Shown in pieces: positions 43,135 to 52,099 of a DNA stretch of 64,000 nucleotides. The stretch is from Phormidium sp. (GTDB lineage Bacteria > Cyanobacteriota > Cyanobacteriia > Cyanobacteriales > Aerosakkonemataceae): contig CP143273.1 of the NCBI GenBank assembly GCA_051013385.1, forward strand, positions 1,728,001-1,792,000, given 5' to 3'. A model generated the notes under the pieces. The model did not search any database and was not told the origin of the DNA. It was given only the letters and a program-made list of their open reading frames with translations. The position numbers were made by a program, and so were the translations under genes. Positions within the stretch are counted from its first letter, which is position 1; the number at the start of each line of letters is the position of its first letter.

Positions 43135-43207
43135 CGGGGTGTAGCGCAGCTGGTAGCGCGTCTGCTTTGGGAGCAGAATGTCGCAGGTTCAAATCCTGCC
43201 ACTCCGA
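43135..43207 (+). tRNA. trnP: tRNA-Pro(TGG)
   Basis: Cloverleaf. Confidence 0.92.
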
Positions 43208-43243
43208 TATACTCCCTGCAAGTCAATAGGGAGTACCAAATAT

Positions 43244-43315
43244 GGGTGTTTGGCAGAACGGTTATGCACCTGACTTTTAATCAGGTTGACACAGGTTCGA
43301 CCCCTGTAGCACCCA
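43244..43315 (+). tRNA. trnK: tRNA-Lys(TTT)
   Basis: Cloverleaf. Confidence 0.9.
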
Positions 43316-43391
43316 TGAAATTTTGTCATAATTAAGAAGGAAAAAACAAAAATGTCTGAAGATCGATCGCAATTCCCAATCCCACCCAAGG

Positions 43392-43694
43392 ATGAATTCC
43401 AAAGTTTTGCCCAAAGAAACATTACCCTGTGAACTCTGCGAACGAGCGATGGATAAATTAACCGTCCATCACTTAATTCCCCGACAAAGCACTAAACGCA
43501 AGAAGTTAGATCCAGGCCCAACAATTGATATTTGTTCAGCTTGCCATCGCCAGATTCACGTACTATTTGATAACAAGTATTTGGCTCAAGAATTAAACAG
43601 CAAAGAAAAGCTGAAAAGCGATCGCCAAATGCAGAAATTCCTCGCTTGGGTGCGGAAACAAGACCCTGGTAAACGGGTAAAGGTCGATCGCTAA
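43392..43694 (+). CDS. HNH endonuclease
   Basis: CELCER...TVHHLIP...CSACHRQIH. Confidence 0.9.
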   Translation: MNSKVLPKETLPCELCERAMDKLTVHHLIPRQSTKRKKLDPGPTIDICSACHRQIHVLFDNKYLAQELNSKEKLKSDRQMQKFLAWVRKQDPGKRVKVDR

Positions 43695-43752
43695 ACTTAC
43701 AAAATATGGCAGGCAAGATGCCTGCCCCACAAGAGTTTTTTCATCAATTTAT

Positions 43753-43851
43753 GCCCTTGTAGCCCAACCGGAAAGAGGCGCTTCGCTTAGAACGAAGAGG
43801 TTGCTGGTATGCGCTACGCGCAGGCTACGCCAACGACTCCAGTCAGGGGCA
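43753..43851 (+). tRNA. trnL: tRNA-Leu(TAG) with ~24-nt insertion in the T-loop (possibly pseudo)
   Basis: GCTGG-T[ATGCGCTACGCGCAGGCTACGCCAA]CGACT-CCAGT. Confidence 0.75.
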
Positions 43852-43862
43852 TTTGGTGACAT

Positions 43863-43941
43863 CGCAGGGATGGAGCAATGGTAAGGCTCGGCAGTCTCAT
43901 AATCTGCAAATCAGCAAGTTCAAATCTTGCCCCTGCCACCA
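43863..43941 (+). tRNA. trnM: tRNA-CAT (Met/fMet-like), C1:C72 mismatch
   Basis: Cloverleaf, CCA. Confidence 0.8.
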
Positions 43942-43947
43942 ATTTAT

Positions 43948-44019
43948 GCAGGTGTGGTGTCAATGGCAACACAGCAGTCTTGTAAACTGCCTATGCGAGT
44001 TCGAGTCTCGCCATCTGCT
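43948..44019 (+). tRNA. trnT: tRNA-Thr(TGT)
   Basis: Cloverleaf. Confidence 0.9.
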
Positions 44020-44187
44020 TGTTAAAGGGTGTTTTAAAATTTGCCCTGCGACTAAAGTCGCGGGCTATACAAACAAAACCTGCCTCCGCAGGTTAAGAGT
44101 CCGCGTAGGCGGACTTGGTTTATATAGTCGCGGTTTTAACCGCCATATCCTGTTAATAAAAAAGGTCGATTTTTAAATTTTAAGGAG

Positions 44188-44826
44188 TTGAAAGCTATGG
44201 TAATGATGACGGTTACGGATGCTTTGGCAGAGCTAACACTATTAGAAAAACGCATTGATTCTGCCAGATTAGGTTTAGATAATAACGGTTTAATTACAGT
44301 TTTGGAAGTTGGCAAAGTCCCAACAGGTTTTAGATCGAGAGATGAGTATCAAGTAAAAGCTCGATCGGGTTTGCAAAGAGTTGACGATTTGATTTCTCGC
44401 AGACGTACTATTAAAAGAGCGATCGTACTTTCTAATGCTTCCACAACCGTCACCATTGCTGGTCAAGAAATGACTGTGGCAGAGGCGATCGAAATGAAAA
44501 GTTTTATCGCTTACTATGAGTCAGTTCTGAACACAATGCAATCAGCTTTTACTCGCGCCCGTCGAGATTACGATTTAGCGCAAGCTAAAGTTAAAGAGCG
44601 ACTTGATAAATTAGCGATGGAAGTTTTGGGTAAGAATGCTGCTTCCGAGAAGTATCAATCTTTGGCTGATAGCTTCCTAGCAAGAGAGGGCGTTGAGTTG
44701 CTAGATCCGACAAATTTAGCAGAAGAGATTGCTAGACGACAAACATTTATTGAGGAGTTTAAATCAACTTGCGATCGTGTTTTGTCAATTAGCAACGCTC
44801 GCACAACGATCGAAATTCCAGATTAA
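44188..44826 (+). CDS. Coiled-coil protein resembling the DIP1984-like family
   Basis: MTVTDALAEL..., MTVAEAI, SNARTTIE parallel the 54486-54944 protein. Confidence 0.7.
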   Translation: MKAMVMMTVTDALAELTLLEKRIDSARLGLDNNGLITVLEVGKVPTGFRSRDEYQVKARSGLQRVDDLISRRRTIKRAIVLSNASTTVTIAGQEMTVAEAIEMKSFIAYYESVLNTMQSAFTRARRDYDLAQAKVKERLDKLAMEVLGKNAASEKYQSLADSFLAREGVELLDPTNLAEEIARRQTFIEEFKSTCDRVLSISNARTTIEIPD

Positions 44827-44970
44827 TACCAGATCCCCCCTAACCCCCCTTAATAAGGGGGGAACCGGATTTAAACTTCTCGTTAACAAGAGGGAAAAAC
44901 CAAATTTAAAGTCCCCCTTGTTAAGGGGGATTTAGGGGGATCAAAAACTAGTAACTTAAGTTAATATAAT

Positions 44971-45208
44971 TGCTGATAACTTGAAAATCTCTAAATTTAT
45001 GGTTCTGAGATGGATCTACATTGGCAGGTAGAAAACCATCTCCTACTTTAGTCAAAGCTTAAAGCTCAAAGCTTAAAGATTAAAGTTCAAACCTTAAACC
45101 TTAGCCAATCAAAACTCAAACCATAAAGGTTAAAGTTCGATAAAATCCAGGGTTTTGGTTGTAGGTTCCATAAAACCTTGAGGTTTCCACCTGGCTGAGT
45201 GGTCAGCA
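44971..45208 (+). ncRNA. Candidate structured RNA with internal AAAGYTY heptamer run
   Basis: TGCTGA/TCAGCA closing stem, GAGATGG/CCATCTC and CCAGG/CCTGG stems. Confidence 0.45.
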
Positions 45209-45248
45209 TTCTTATCTCTTTTCTCCAAGTTAGGATGAAGCTAAAATT

Positions 45249-46094
45249 ATGGATCGAAAAGCGATCGCCCAAGACACTCTCAAAATCTTAGAAGATGGTT
45301 ATTACCAATCTCCTGATGGCAAACGAGTTGATATTGCCAGAGAATTAGTATCATGTATCGCCCAAACTAAATGCTATGACTTACCGGAAATTGAGCAAAT
45401 CCAAAAAGCAGTACTTGCTGAAACTCCTAAATTCTCTAATACGGTATTTGCGGTCAAAAATGAGACGACGTTGATGGGTGCAGAATTCATGGCGCGATCG
45501 CAACAATTTGAAAGAATTGGTGTTTTGAATTTTGCTTCAGCTAAAAACCCTGGTGGTGGATTTCTCAGAGGTGCTCAAGCGCAAGAAGAGAGTTTAGCTC
45601 GGAGTTCTGGACTTTACAAAAGTCTGTTAAAATGTCCTGAATTCTATGATTATCATCGGGGTAGTCGATCGCTTTTGTATTCCGATCGCATGATTTATTC
45701 CCCAAATTGTCCAGTCTTCAAAAAAGATGATGGAACCTTATTATCAACTTCTTATCTAGTAGATTTCATTACTAGTCCCGCCCCCAACGCTGGCGAAATT
45801 GAAAAACAACAACCCGAAGACAAAGAAAAAATCAACGAAGTTGTTTATGTTCGCGGTGCAAAGTTATTAAGTTTAGCAGCTTACCATCAATGTGATGCCT
45901 TAGTTTTAGGTGCTTGGGGTTGTGGAGTATTCCGAAACGATCCGGCAATAGTCGCCCAAATGTTTGCCGATTTATTATTAGCAAACGGGCAATTTTCGCG
46001 AAGATTCAAAAGTGTATTGTTTTCAGTTCTTGATACTAGAGAAGAGAGAAAGATTTTTACCGAATTTTCTAATCGTTTTGGATCAGACAGATAA
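45249..46094 (+). CDS. TIGR02452/DUF2263 bacterial PARG-type macrodomain
   Basis: LNFASAKNPGGGF..GAQAQEESL, LGAWGCGVFRN. Confidence 0.92.
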   Translation: MDRKAIAQDTLKILEDGYYQSPDGKRVDIARELVSCIAQTKCYDLPEIEQIQKAVLAETPKFSNTVFAVKNETTLMGAEFMARSQQFERIGVLNFASAKNPGGGFLRGAQAQEESLARSSGLYKSLLKCPEFYDYHRGSRSLLYSDRMIYSPNCPVFKKDDGTLLSTSYLVDFITSPAPNAGEIEKQQPEDKEKINEVVYVRGAKLLSLAAYHQCDALVLGAWGCGVFRNDPAIVAQMFADLLLANGQFSRRFKSVLFSVLDTREERKIFTEFSNRFGSDR

Positions 46095-46186
46095 ATTCAG
46101 ACTAATTATTTTGTGAAATGTTTGATTTATAAAAAATCCCAGTCCCGTAGGACAGGCATCTTGCCTGTCATCCCCAGTCCCCATTC

Positions 46187-46257
46187 GCGGATATGGTGTA
46201 GTGAAAGCATATAAGCCTTCCAAGCTTCAGGCACGAGTTTGAACCTCGTTATCCGCT
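46187..46257 (+). tRNA. trnG: tRNA-Gly(TCC)
   Basis: Cloverleaf, TTTGAAC T-loop. Confidence 0.8.
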
Positions 46258-46266
46258 TGAAAAAAT

Positions 46267-46338
46267 GCGGGTGTGATGTAGCGGCTAGCATCTGAGTGCG
46301 CCACACTCAGCGCATGGGTTCAAGTCCCATCACTCGCT
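46267..46338 (+). tRNA. trnG: tRNA-Gly(GCC), atypical anticodon loop
   Basis: Cloverleaf; loop GCGCCAC. Confidence 0.8.
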
Positions 46339-46350
46339 TGAGAACTATCT

Positions 46351-46424
46351 GGGAGTATAGCTCAATTGGACAGAGTTTCAGGTTTCGACCCTGAAGGCTG
46401 TAGGTTCAAGTCCTACTACTCTCG
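46351..46424 (+). tRNA. trnR: tRNA-Arg(TCG)
   Basis: Cloverleaf. Confidence 0.88.
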
Positions 46425-46432
46425 CTGTTCTC

Positions 46433-46507
46433 AGTCCTGTAACTCAATGGCAGAGAACTTGCCTTACAAGCAAGTGGTCGTAGGTTCGATTCCTACCAGG
46501 ACTACCA
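46433..46507 (+). tRNA. trnV: tRNA-Val(TAC)
   Basis: Cloverleaf, CCA. Confidence 0.9.
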
Positions 46508-46509
46508 AT

Positions 46510-46582
46510 GCCTCCATAGCTTAGTGGACAGAGCAGCACTCCTCTAAAGTGATTGTCCCAGGTTCAAATCCTGGTGGAGGCG
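46510..46582 (+). tRNA. trnR: tRNA-Arg(TCT), C at position 33
   Basis: Cloverleaf. Confidence 0.85.
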
Positions 46583-46652
46583 TTAGTCGAACCTAAAAGC
46601 TGGTAAAAAAAGTCGTGCCGCAAAATTCACATTATTTGCTGATAGTTTTCAT

Positions 46653-46723
46653 GGGGACTTGGTGTAACGGTAACACACGATCCTTGCAAGGTCGTTACAG
46701 GGGTTCGACTCCCCTAGTCTCCA
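46653..46723 (+). tRNA. trnA: tRNA-Ala(TGC)
   Basis: Cloverleaf with G3:U70. Confidence 0.9.
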
Positions 46724-46776
46724 TCATATAAGGGAGACATAAAAGTTTACGCAAACTCTTATGTCTCCCAAAACTT

Positions 46777-46851
46777 GGTGTCTGAAGCCAAAGTGGTGGC
46801 GGCACTTGTTTGTGAAGCAAGTAATAGCAGGTTCAACTCCTGTCAGACACC
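46777..46851 (+). tRNA. trnH: tRNA-His(GTG)
   Basis: Cloverleaf with G-1:C73. Confidence 0.88.
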
Positions 46852-46856
46852 CTCAA

Positions 46857-46942
46857 GGAAGGTGCCGCCGAGTGGACGGCAAGCGGTCTTGAAAACCGTG
46901 GTACGGCTAATAACCGTAGGAGTTCGAGCCTTCCACCTTCCT
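46857..46942 (+). tRNA. trnS: tRNA-Ser(TGA)
   Basis: Cloverleaf with long variable arm. Confidence 0.8.
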
Positions 46943-46949
46943 CCTTGAT

Positions 46950-47369
46950 TTAAATTTTGACTTTGTTAGAGTTCTTAAAAAATTCTTTTTCTATGAGGTT
47001 TATCTTTGCCAATAGCTCTGGAGTGTAGCGGCCATTTCTTGGTAGTAGAGCCGGATAGTTTTCTAATATCAACTGTGCTCTTCTTGCTTTCTCTTGTTCT
47101 CTCAAATAAGGAGCAATTAGTTTAAGAGCTTCTATTGCACCTTTGCGACCAACCTTCCAATGATAAGCTTCGCTGTGATTATTTTTTGCTTTATGAGCTA
47201 TACAAGCAGAACCACCAAAGTGGTCTTTCATAAACTGGACAAGTTCAATTGATGTGCTAGTCATTGTTAAATATGGTGCTCTCTGTCCACATTTATTTGT
47301 ACGAATGAGGGTAATACTTCCTTCTCCATCCATCAATCCTGCTGCATAAGCTAGTAAAGTTACGTCCAT
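46950..47369 (-). CDS. Single-motif LAGLIDADG homing endonuclease
   Basis: LAYAAGLMDGEGSI; PYLREQEK. Confidence 0.88.
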   Translation of the reverse strand: MDVTLLAYAAGLMDGEGSITLIRTNKCGQRAPYLTMTSTSIELVQFMKDHFGGSACIAHKAKNNHSEAYHWKVGRKGAIEALKLIAPYLREQEKARRAQLILENYPALLPRNGRYTPELLAKINLIEKEFFKNSNKVKI

Positions 47370-47412
47370 AGAAAAATTTGGAAAGTGTATTCATTAATTG
47401 TATATCCTACTC

Positions 47413-47484
47413 CCACCGGAAGCCGAGAAGCGAGGCACTGTGCTGATAACGCAGAGGTAGAAGGGGCAGTACCTTCCCGGTGGA
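47413..47484 (+). tRNA. trnI: tRNA-Ile(GAT), atypical T-loop GGCAGTA
   Basis: CCACCGG/CCGGTGG acceptor, CTGATAA loop. Confidence 0.75.
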
Positions 47485-47717
47485 TTGATTTACTGCATAG
47501 AATTCTGCGTCAAAATAGTGGTATTAAGTCTCAAAATTTGAACTATGCCCACTCAACGTCAACGAGTTACTGTCTGGGATTTGGCAGTTTATGACCGTGA
47601 AGGTCAACTTATACTTATAGTTGAATTCAAGAGTAAAGACATCGATTTATCTGAACGACAATGAATTATCAGTAGTAGGCTAAAATATTTTTGTTTACTT
47701 AACCAAGCTGTAACACG

Positions 47718-47903
47718 ATGAGTGATAAAGAAACAGTGCTTGAGCTTGTGAAACGTTTACCAGCTACCGTATCTTTACGCGAAATTCTGCGTGAGATCGA
47801 GTTCATTGCAGCGGTTAAAGAAGGTTTGGAGGAGATCGATCGAGGAGAGGGCATATCTGTTGAGTCTGTTGAGGAAATGATGGCAACATGGACTACACAG
47901 TAA
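47718..47903 (+). CDS. Putative antitoxin followed by a truncated RelE/ParE-like start (47888-47941)
   Basis: EGLEEIDRGEGIS; overlapping MDYTVILSPKAVENLEL*. Confidence 0.65.
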   Translation: MSDKETVLELVKRLPATVSLREILREIEFIAAVKEGLEEIDRGEGISVESVEEMMATWTTQ

Positions 47904-47945
47904 TTCTGTCTCCGAAAGCAGTAGAAAATCTAGAACTTTAGAAGA

Positions 47946-48578
47946 ATGCAATATCCAGATCCGAAAGTTTTACATCCAATGCCGGGTTTTCCCCAAATTT
48001 GTTTTATTAAAAATGTTGTTTCAAATCCTAATATTATCATTGGCGACTATACTTATTACGACGATCCAGAAGACTCGGAAAATTTCGATCGCAATGTCCT
48101 CTATCACTACCCCTTCATTGGTGACAAATTAATCATTGGCAAATTCTGCGCGATCGCCAGAAATGTCAAATTCATCATGAATGGTGCAAATCATGAAATG
48201 TCCGGGTTTTCCACCTATCCATTTTATATTTTTGGTAATGGTTGGGAACGAGTTACACCTGAGTCGAATGAATCAACTTTTAAAGGTGATACCGTAATTG
48301 GCAATGATGTCTGGATTGGATATGAAGCTGTGATTATGCCAGGAGTAAAAATTGGCGATGGCGCAATTATTGCTGCTAAATCTGTAGTTACTAAAGATGT
48401 GAAACCTTACACCATTGTCGGCGGAAATCCAGCGCAGTTAATCCGCCAACGTTTTTCTGATGAAACAATCAATATTTTGTTGGAAATTGCCTGGTGGAAT
48501 TGGGATATTGAAAAGATTACGAGAAATTTGGAAAAAATTGTTGGTGCGGATATTGAAGCATTAAAAAGTTGTGCATGA
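47946..48578 (+). CDS. vat: Vat/CatB-type hexapeptide-repeat acetyltransferase
   Basis: IGDYTYYDD, STYPF, GNDVWIG, WWNWD. Confidence 0.9.
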   Translation: MQYPDPKVLHPMPGFPQICFIKNVVSNPNIIIGDYTYYDDPEDSENFDRNVLYHYPFIGDKLIIGKFCAIARNVKFIMNGANHEMSGFSTYPFYIFGNGWERVTPESNESTFKGDTVIGNDVWIGYEAVIMPGVKIGDGAIIAAKSVVTKDVKPYTIVGGNPAQLIRQRFSDETINILLEIAWWNWDIEKITRNLEKIVGADIEALKSCA

Positions 48579-49162
48579 TTATGATCTTTAATAGTTTAGG
48601 TATTAAGGGCTATTAACACCTAAATGATTAATTAAGGATAATTTAAAATGTATGACACAGGCAAAACTTGAGCGGAATAAATGTTATATTAATATTGACT
48701 GACGCTATAAGTAATTTTGCTTAGGGCAAAATTACCTATAATTAACAATTAGTAACACTCTAGCTGCTTGACATCAGAATTTAGAATTTCTTTAGATCTC
48801 TACAATCAAATTTTAGATATGGTATATGAAGGTGTTTGACGTTTTATTGATCAATTCAATCAACTAATTAAAGAACGAAGAGAATATAGATCAAAATGTA
48901 GGGAATTAACCTGCAATTCACTAGATCAATATTTCCATTTATTAGAACAAACAGATAGAGAATTACTAAAGGTAACTGAATCATTTGAACAAAGCATAAA
49001 CGAACTTTAAAAAAATAAAATATAGATAAAATTTTAAAATATAAAATTAAGTTGTATTATTTGAAATAATAATTTATCAAAGCCATGAATTTAGATCAGA
49101 TTTAGTATTTTCATCGCTCCATAGCCTGTTAAACTCGGAGAGTAGGGAATCAGACAAAATCC

Positions 49163-49387
49163 ATGCCCAGGAAAATTCGGGAGTTGAAAGCTCAGATTAT
49201 TCGTGAAGGTTTTATTTATTTGCCCAAACGCGGTAAAGGTAGTCATGAGCGTTGGCGACATCCCGTACTCAGAAAAACATTGACTATTTCAGGCAAGGAT
49301 GGAGATGATGTGCCACCATACCTAGAAAAGCAGTTAGCAAAATTATTAACAGAACTGGAACAACTAAGGGAGGATGAAAATTCATGA
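49163..49387 (+). CDS. hicA: HicA toxin
   Basis: RGKGSHERWRHP. Confidence 0.9.
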   Translation: MPRKIRELKAQIIREGFIYLPKRGKGSHERWRHPVLRKTLTISGKDGDDVPPYLEKQLAKLLTELEQLREDENS

Positions 49388-49602
49388 GTCAATACAGCAT
49401 GATGATTCAATGGTCTGATGAAGATCAACTTTTCTTAGTTACAATTCCCGAATTTGCCGATCGCGTTATCATGCCTTGCACTCACGGTAAAACACGCGAA
49501 GAAGCAACTCGTAACGGCGAAGAAGTGATAGAAATGTATTTGGAAGCGTGGCAAGCAGAAGGCGAATCTATTCCCGAACCTAACACGCTTCAAATGGCCT
49601 AA
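49384..49602 (+). CDS. hicB: HicB antitoxin
   Basis: WSDED..., THGKTREEA. Confidence 0.9.
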   Translation: MSQYSMMIQWSDEDQLFLVTIPEFADRVIMPCTHGKTREEATRNGEEVIEMYLEAWQAEGESIPEPNTLQMA

Positions 49603-49619
49603 TTACGAGCTAATGACCT

Positions 49620-49820
49620 ATGTTGACACTTGAACAAATTGAAGATGCTATCCTTAAACTTACACCTGATGAATTTGAAAAACTCTTGAAATGGGTTGCT
49701 GATTTAGACTATCAGCGTTGGGATGAGCAGTTAGAAAAGGATATTGCTGATGGCAAATTAGAAGCTTTAGCGCAGGAAGCAATTGCAGATTTCGAGGCGG
49801 GAAACTGTGAGCCAATCTAA
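49620..49820 (+). CDS. Putative antitoxin
   Basis: WDEQLEKDIADGKL; coupled to toxin. Confidence 0.75.
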   Translation: MLTLEQIEDAILKLTPDEFEKLLKWVADLDYQRWDEQLEKDIADGKLEALAQEAIADFEAGNCEPI

Positions 49821-50074
49821 TGCACTACACAAACCGCAGATTTTGGGAATACTACAATGCTCTACCTGAAGATGTACAACGAAATGCCGATCGCTGCTAC
49901 GAACTACTCAAAACTGATCCGTCTCATCCATCTCTTCATTTCAAAAAGGTTGGTAAATATTGGTCAGTTAGAGCCGGAAGAGATTATAGAGCATTAGGTA
50001 TAGAAGTCGAAAAAGGCATTTTGTGGTTTTGGATCGGCACCCACGTAGAATATGACAAATTAACTAGCAAGTAA
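49820..50074 (+). CDS. ParE/RelE-like toxin
   Basis: HPSLHFKKV...YRALG...WIGTHVEYD. Confidence 0.85.
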   Translation: MHYTNRRFWEYYNALPEDVQRNADRCYELLKTDPSHPSLHFKKVGKYWSVRAGRDYRALGIEVEKGILWFWIGTHVEYDKLTSK

Positions 50075-50125
50075 CATAGCTTTTGGGTAAATGATTTCTT
50101 CACCGTTTTATACCAGGTTAATTAT

Positions 50126-50323
50126 ATGGATATCACAGCTACTTTGAAGGAGATTACAGCCTTAAGTATTGAAGATCGAATCGATCTTGTGCAAGCAATT
50201 TGGGATAGTATTGCAGCAGAACAAGCTTATCCCGATTTGACCGAAGCACAACAGCAGGAGATCGATCGCCGAATTGCGGATTACGAAACTAATCCTGATA
50301 ACGTAAGGATATTCGCAAAATGA
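50126..50323 (+). CDS. Addiction-module component, probably truncated
   Basis: LSIEDRIDLVQAIWDSI...EIDRR. Confidence 0.7.
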   Translation: MDITATLKEITALSIEDRIDLVQAIWDSIAAEQAYPDLTEAQQQEIDRRIADYETNPDNVRIFAK

Positions 50324-50564
50324 AAGAAAAGTATTCTGAAAAGACTGTCCCTATCCAACCTCGTAAATTTGGCTGTGGCAAGGGTATCTTTACTTATGCA
50401 GCAGATGATTTTGATGAAACTCCTCCTGGTTTTGAAGAATACACGCAAGTTAAAGTTCAAAATAAAAAAGCAACCTCATTCACCCAGAATGAATGAAGTT
50501 GCTTTTGGCAATTGATAGATAGAGAGCTATAAAGCAGTGGCTCTGGGTCAAGACAGGATTAGCA

Positions 50565-51023
50565 CTACACTTCTACACTGAGACCATTAGCATCTAACCA
50601 TTTAACCACTCGTTCATACTGGCACTTCTCACTGAATGAGAACCAGCGGTTTTGCTCAGATTCGTATTCTGAGCGACGCAATACATCCTTGAAGCGGCCA
50701 AATGCTCCTCGTCCTTGAATCGCAACCTCCAGCATATCTCGTAACCGTCGAGCTTCAACAGTTTCAATGAAATCTACCATGTCTTGATAGCCATCTCCTG
50801 AACCTTCTTGAGGAATTGGCAAATAGCGAAGATCGAACTCAGCTTCTATTTCCTCATAATTCTCATCTTCTTCGTTAGGGAGAATTTCTAATTGATGATC
50901 GCGACTGCCTATTAAAACTTCACCCGTTTCAAGCTCAATGTAGCCGTATGTTCCATCTTCACCCCGACTATTCATAATTTGAGTGATTAGAAAGAGATTG
51001 TTTTTTGAAATTGCAATTGACAT
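50565..51023 (-). CDS. UPF0158-family protein
   Basis: YQDMVDFIETV...AIQGRGAFGRFKD. Confidence 0.8.
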   Translation of the reverse strand: MSIAISKNNLFLITQIMNSRGEDGTYGYIELETGEVLIGSRDHQLEILPNEEDENYEEIEAEFDLRYLPIPQEGSGDGYQDMVDFIETVEARRLRDMLEVAIQGRGAFGRFKDVLRRSEYESEQNRWFSFSEKCQYERVVKWLDANGLSVEV

Positions 51024-51172
51024 TTTTCACTCCTTGCCTGCTTTTTCTTAAATTTCTCGCGAACATACACCACCGATCGACGGTGAGACTTTCATCAACC
51101 AAATTCTAGACCGATTCCAGCAAGAACATCAGGCACAAGAATGAGTGCCTAATGTTCATCTGCGGTTAATAT

Positions 51173-52030
51173 TCAATCCCTATTCTCAATTACGCCAACG
51201 AGAGATTGTAAATCAAAATCCCGATCGCGTCCACTCAAACAAATTCCCGAACTAATAACAGTTAAGTCACTTTTAGAAATTGCCGAAGTGTGACGTTGAC
51301 CATCAGCAGTTGTCCATTCTACCACCCAATGATCTTGGCGATCGCGAAATTCGCGCATTTCCCCACCACCCATTTTTAAAGCTTTTCGCAGACGTTGTTC
51401 ATCTGTTTTCGCTACAAATCCTTGGATTTTTTTGGTGGTTAATTGGTAAAGCGATCGCATTTCCGGCGTAATACCTTTAAAGCGCAATTCTTCCAATGAA
51501 GTAGCATTTTTCAGATGTTCTTTTAGGTTTTCAGTGATTAAGGGATCGGTACGGCGATCGTAATCATCAAACCACCAATAATTACCATCAAACCGTGCAA
51601 TAATTGGCTCAAAAGTAGCACCCTCACTCACCAAATGTACCGCGAAAGGTTTAGCAACACCGAAACGTTGTAAAGCATCACCTTCATTCACAGGATAAGC
51701 TAACCAAGTTTTCCCCCGTAAAGCATAAGCTAAACGCGATCGCAGAGGTTTTAATAACTTCAAATACTCCGCCAATTGTGGCAAACTTGGTTCATCAACC
51801 ACCGCCGCCAACTTCTCATCAACAGGCTGAAAAATTCCCCACCCCTCAAAATTTCGTGGTTGCGGAGCAAAACTATAAATAATATTAGCAACCCTAGTGC
51901 GAACCAACCCACCACGCACGCAGGGTGCAAGAAATTGAGTTTCCTTTAACTGCATCTCTTGTGCAGCAACTTGATTCAAAAGTTTACGAATATCCACACT
52001 AGGTTCACCTTTTAAATCACAACTAATCAA
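51173..52030 (-). CDS. Conserved hypothetical protein (C-terminal GICLSG motif)
   Basis: 285-aa ORF co-oriented with the TROVE-like gene run. Confidence 0.75.
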   Translation of the reverse strand: MISCDLKGEPSVDIRKLLNQVAAQEMQLKETQFLAPCVRGGLVRTRVANIIYSFAPQPRNFEGWGIFQPVDEKLAAVVDEPSLPQLAEYLKLLKPLRSRLAYALRGKTWLAYPVNEGDALQRFGVAKPFAVHLVSEGATFEPIIARFDGNYWWFDDYDRRTDPLITENLKEHLKNATSLEELRFKGITPEMRSLYQLTTKKIQGFVAKTDEQRLRKALKMGGGEMREFRDRQDHWVVEWTTADGQRHTSAISKSDLTVISSGICLSGRDRDFDLQSLVGVIENRD

Positions 52031-52099
52031 TCTTTTTGAATCAACAAATCTCCTCTTTGTCCTCCTCTGCGTCCTCTGCGTCTCTGCGGTTCAAAAAAT

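Noticed and set aside
41120..44176. Short ORFs at 41120, 41529, 42731, 43189, 43853
   Set aside because: They overlap tRNA genes; spurious
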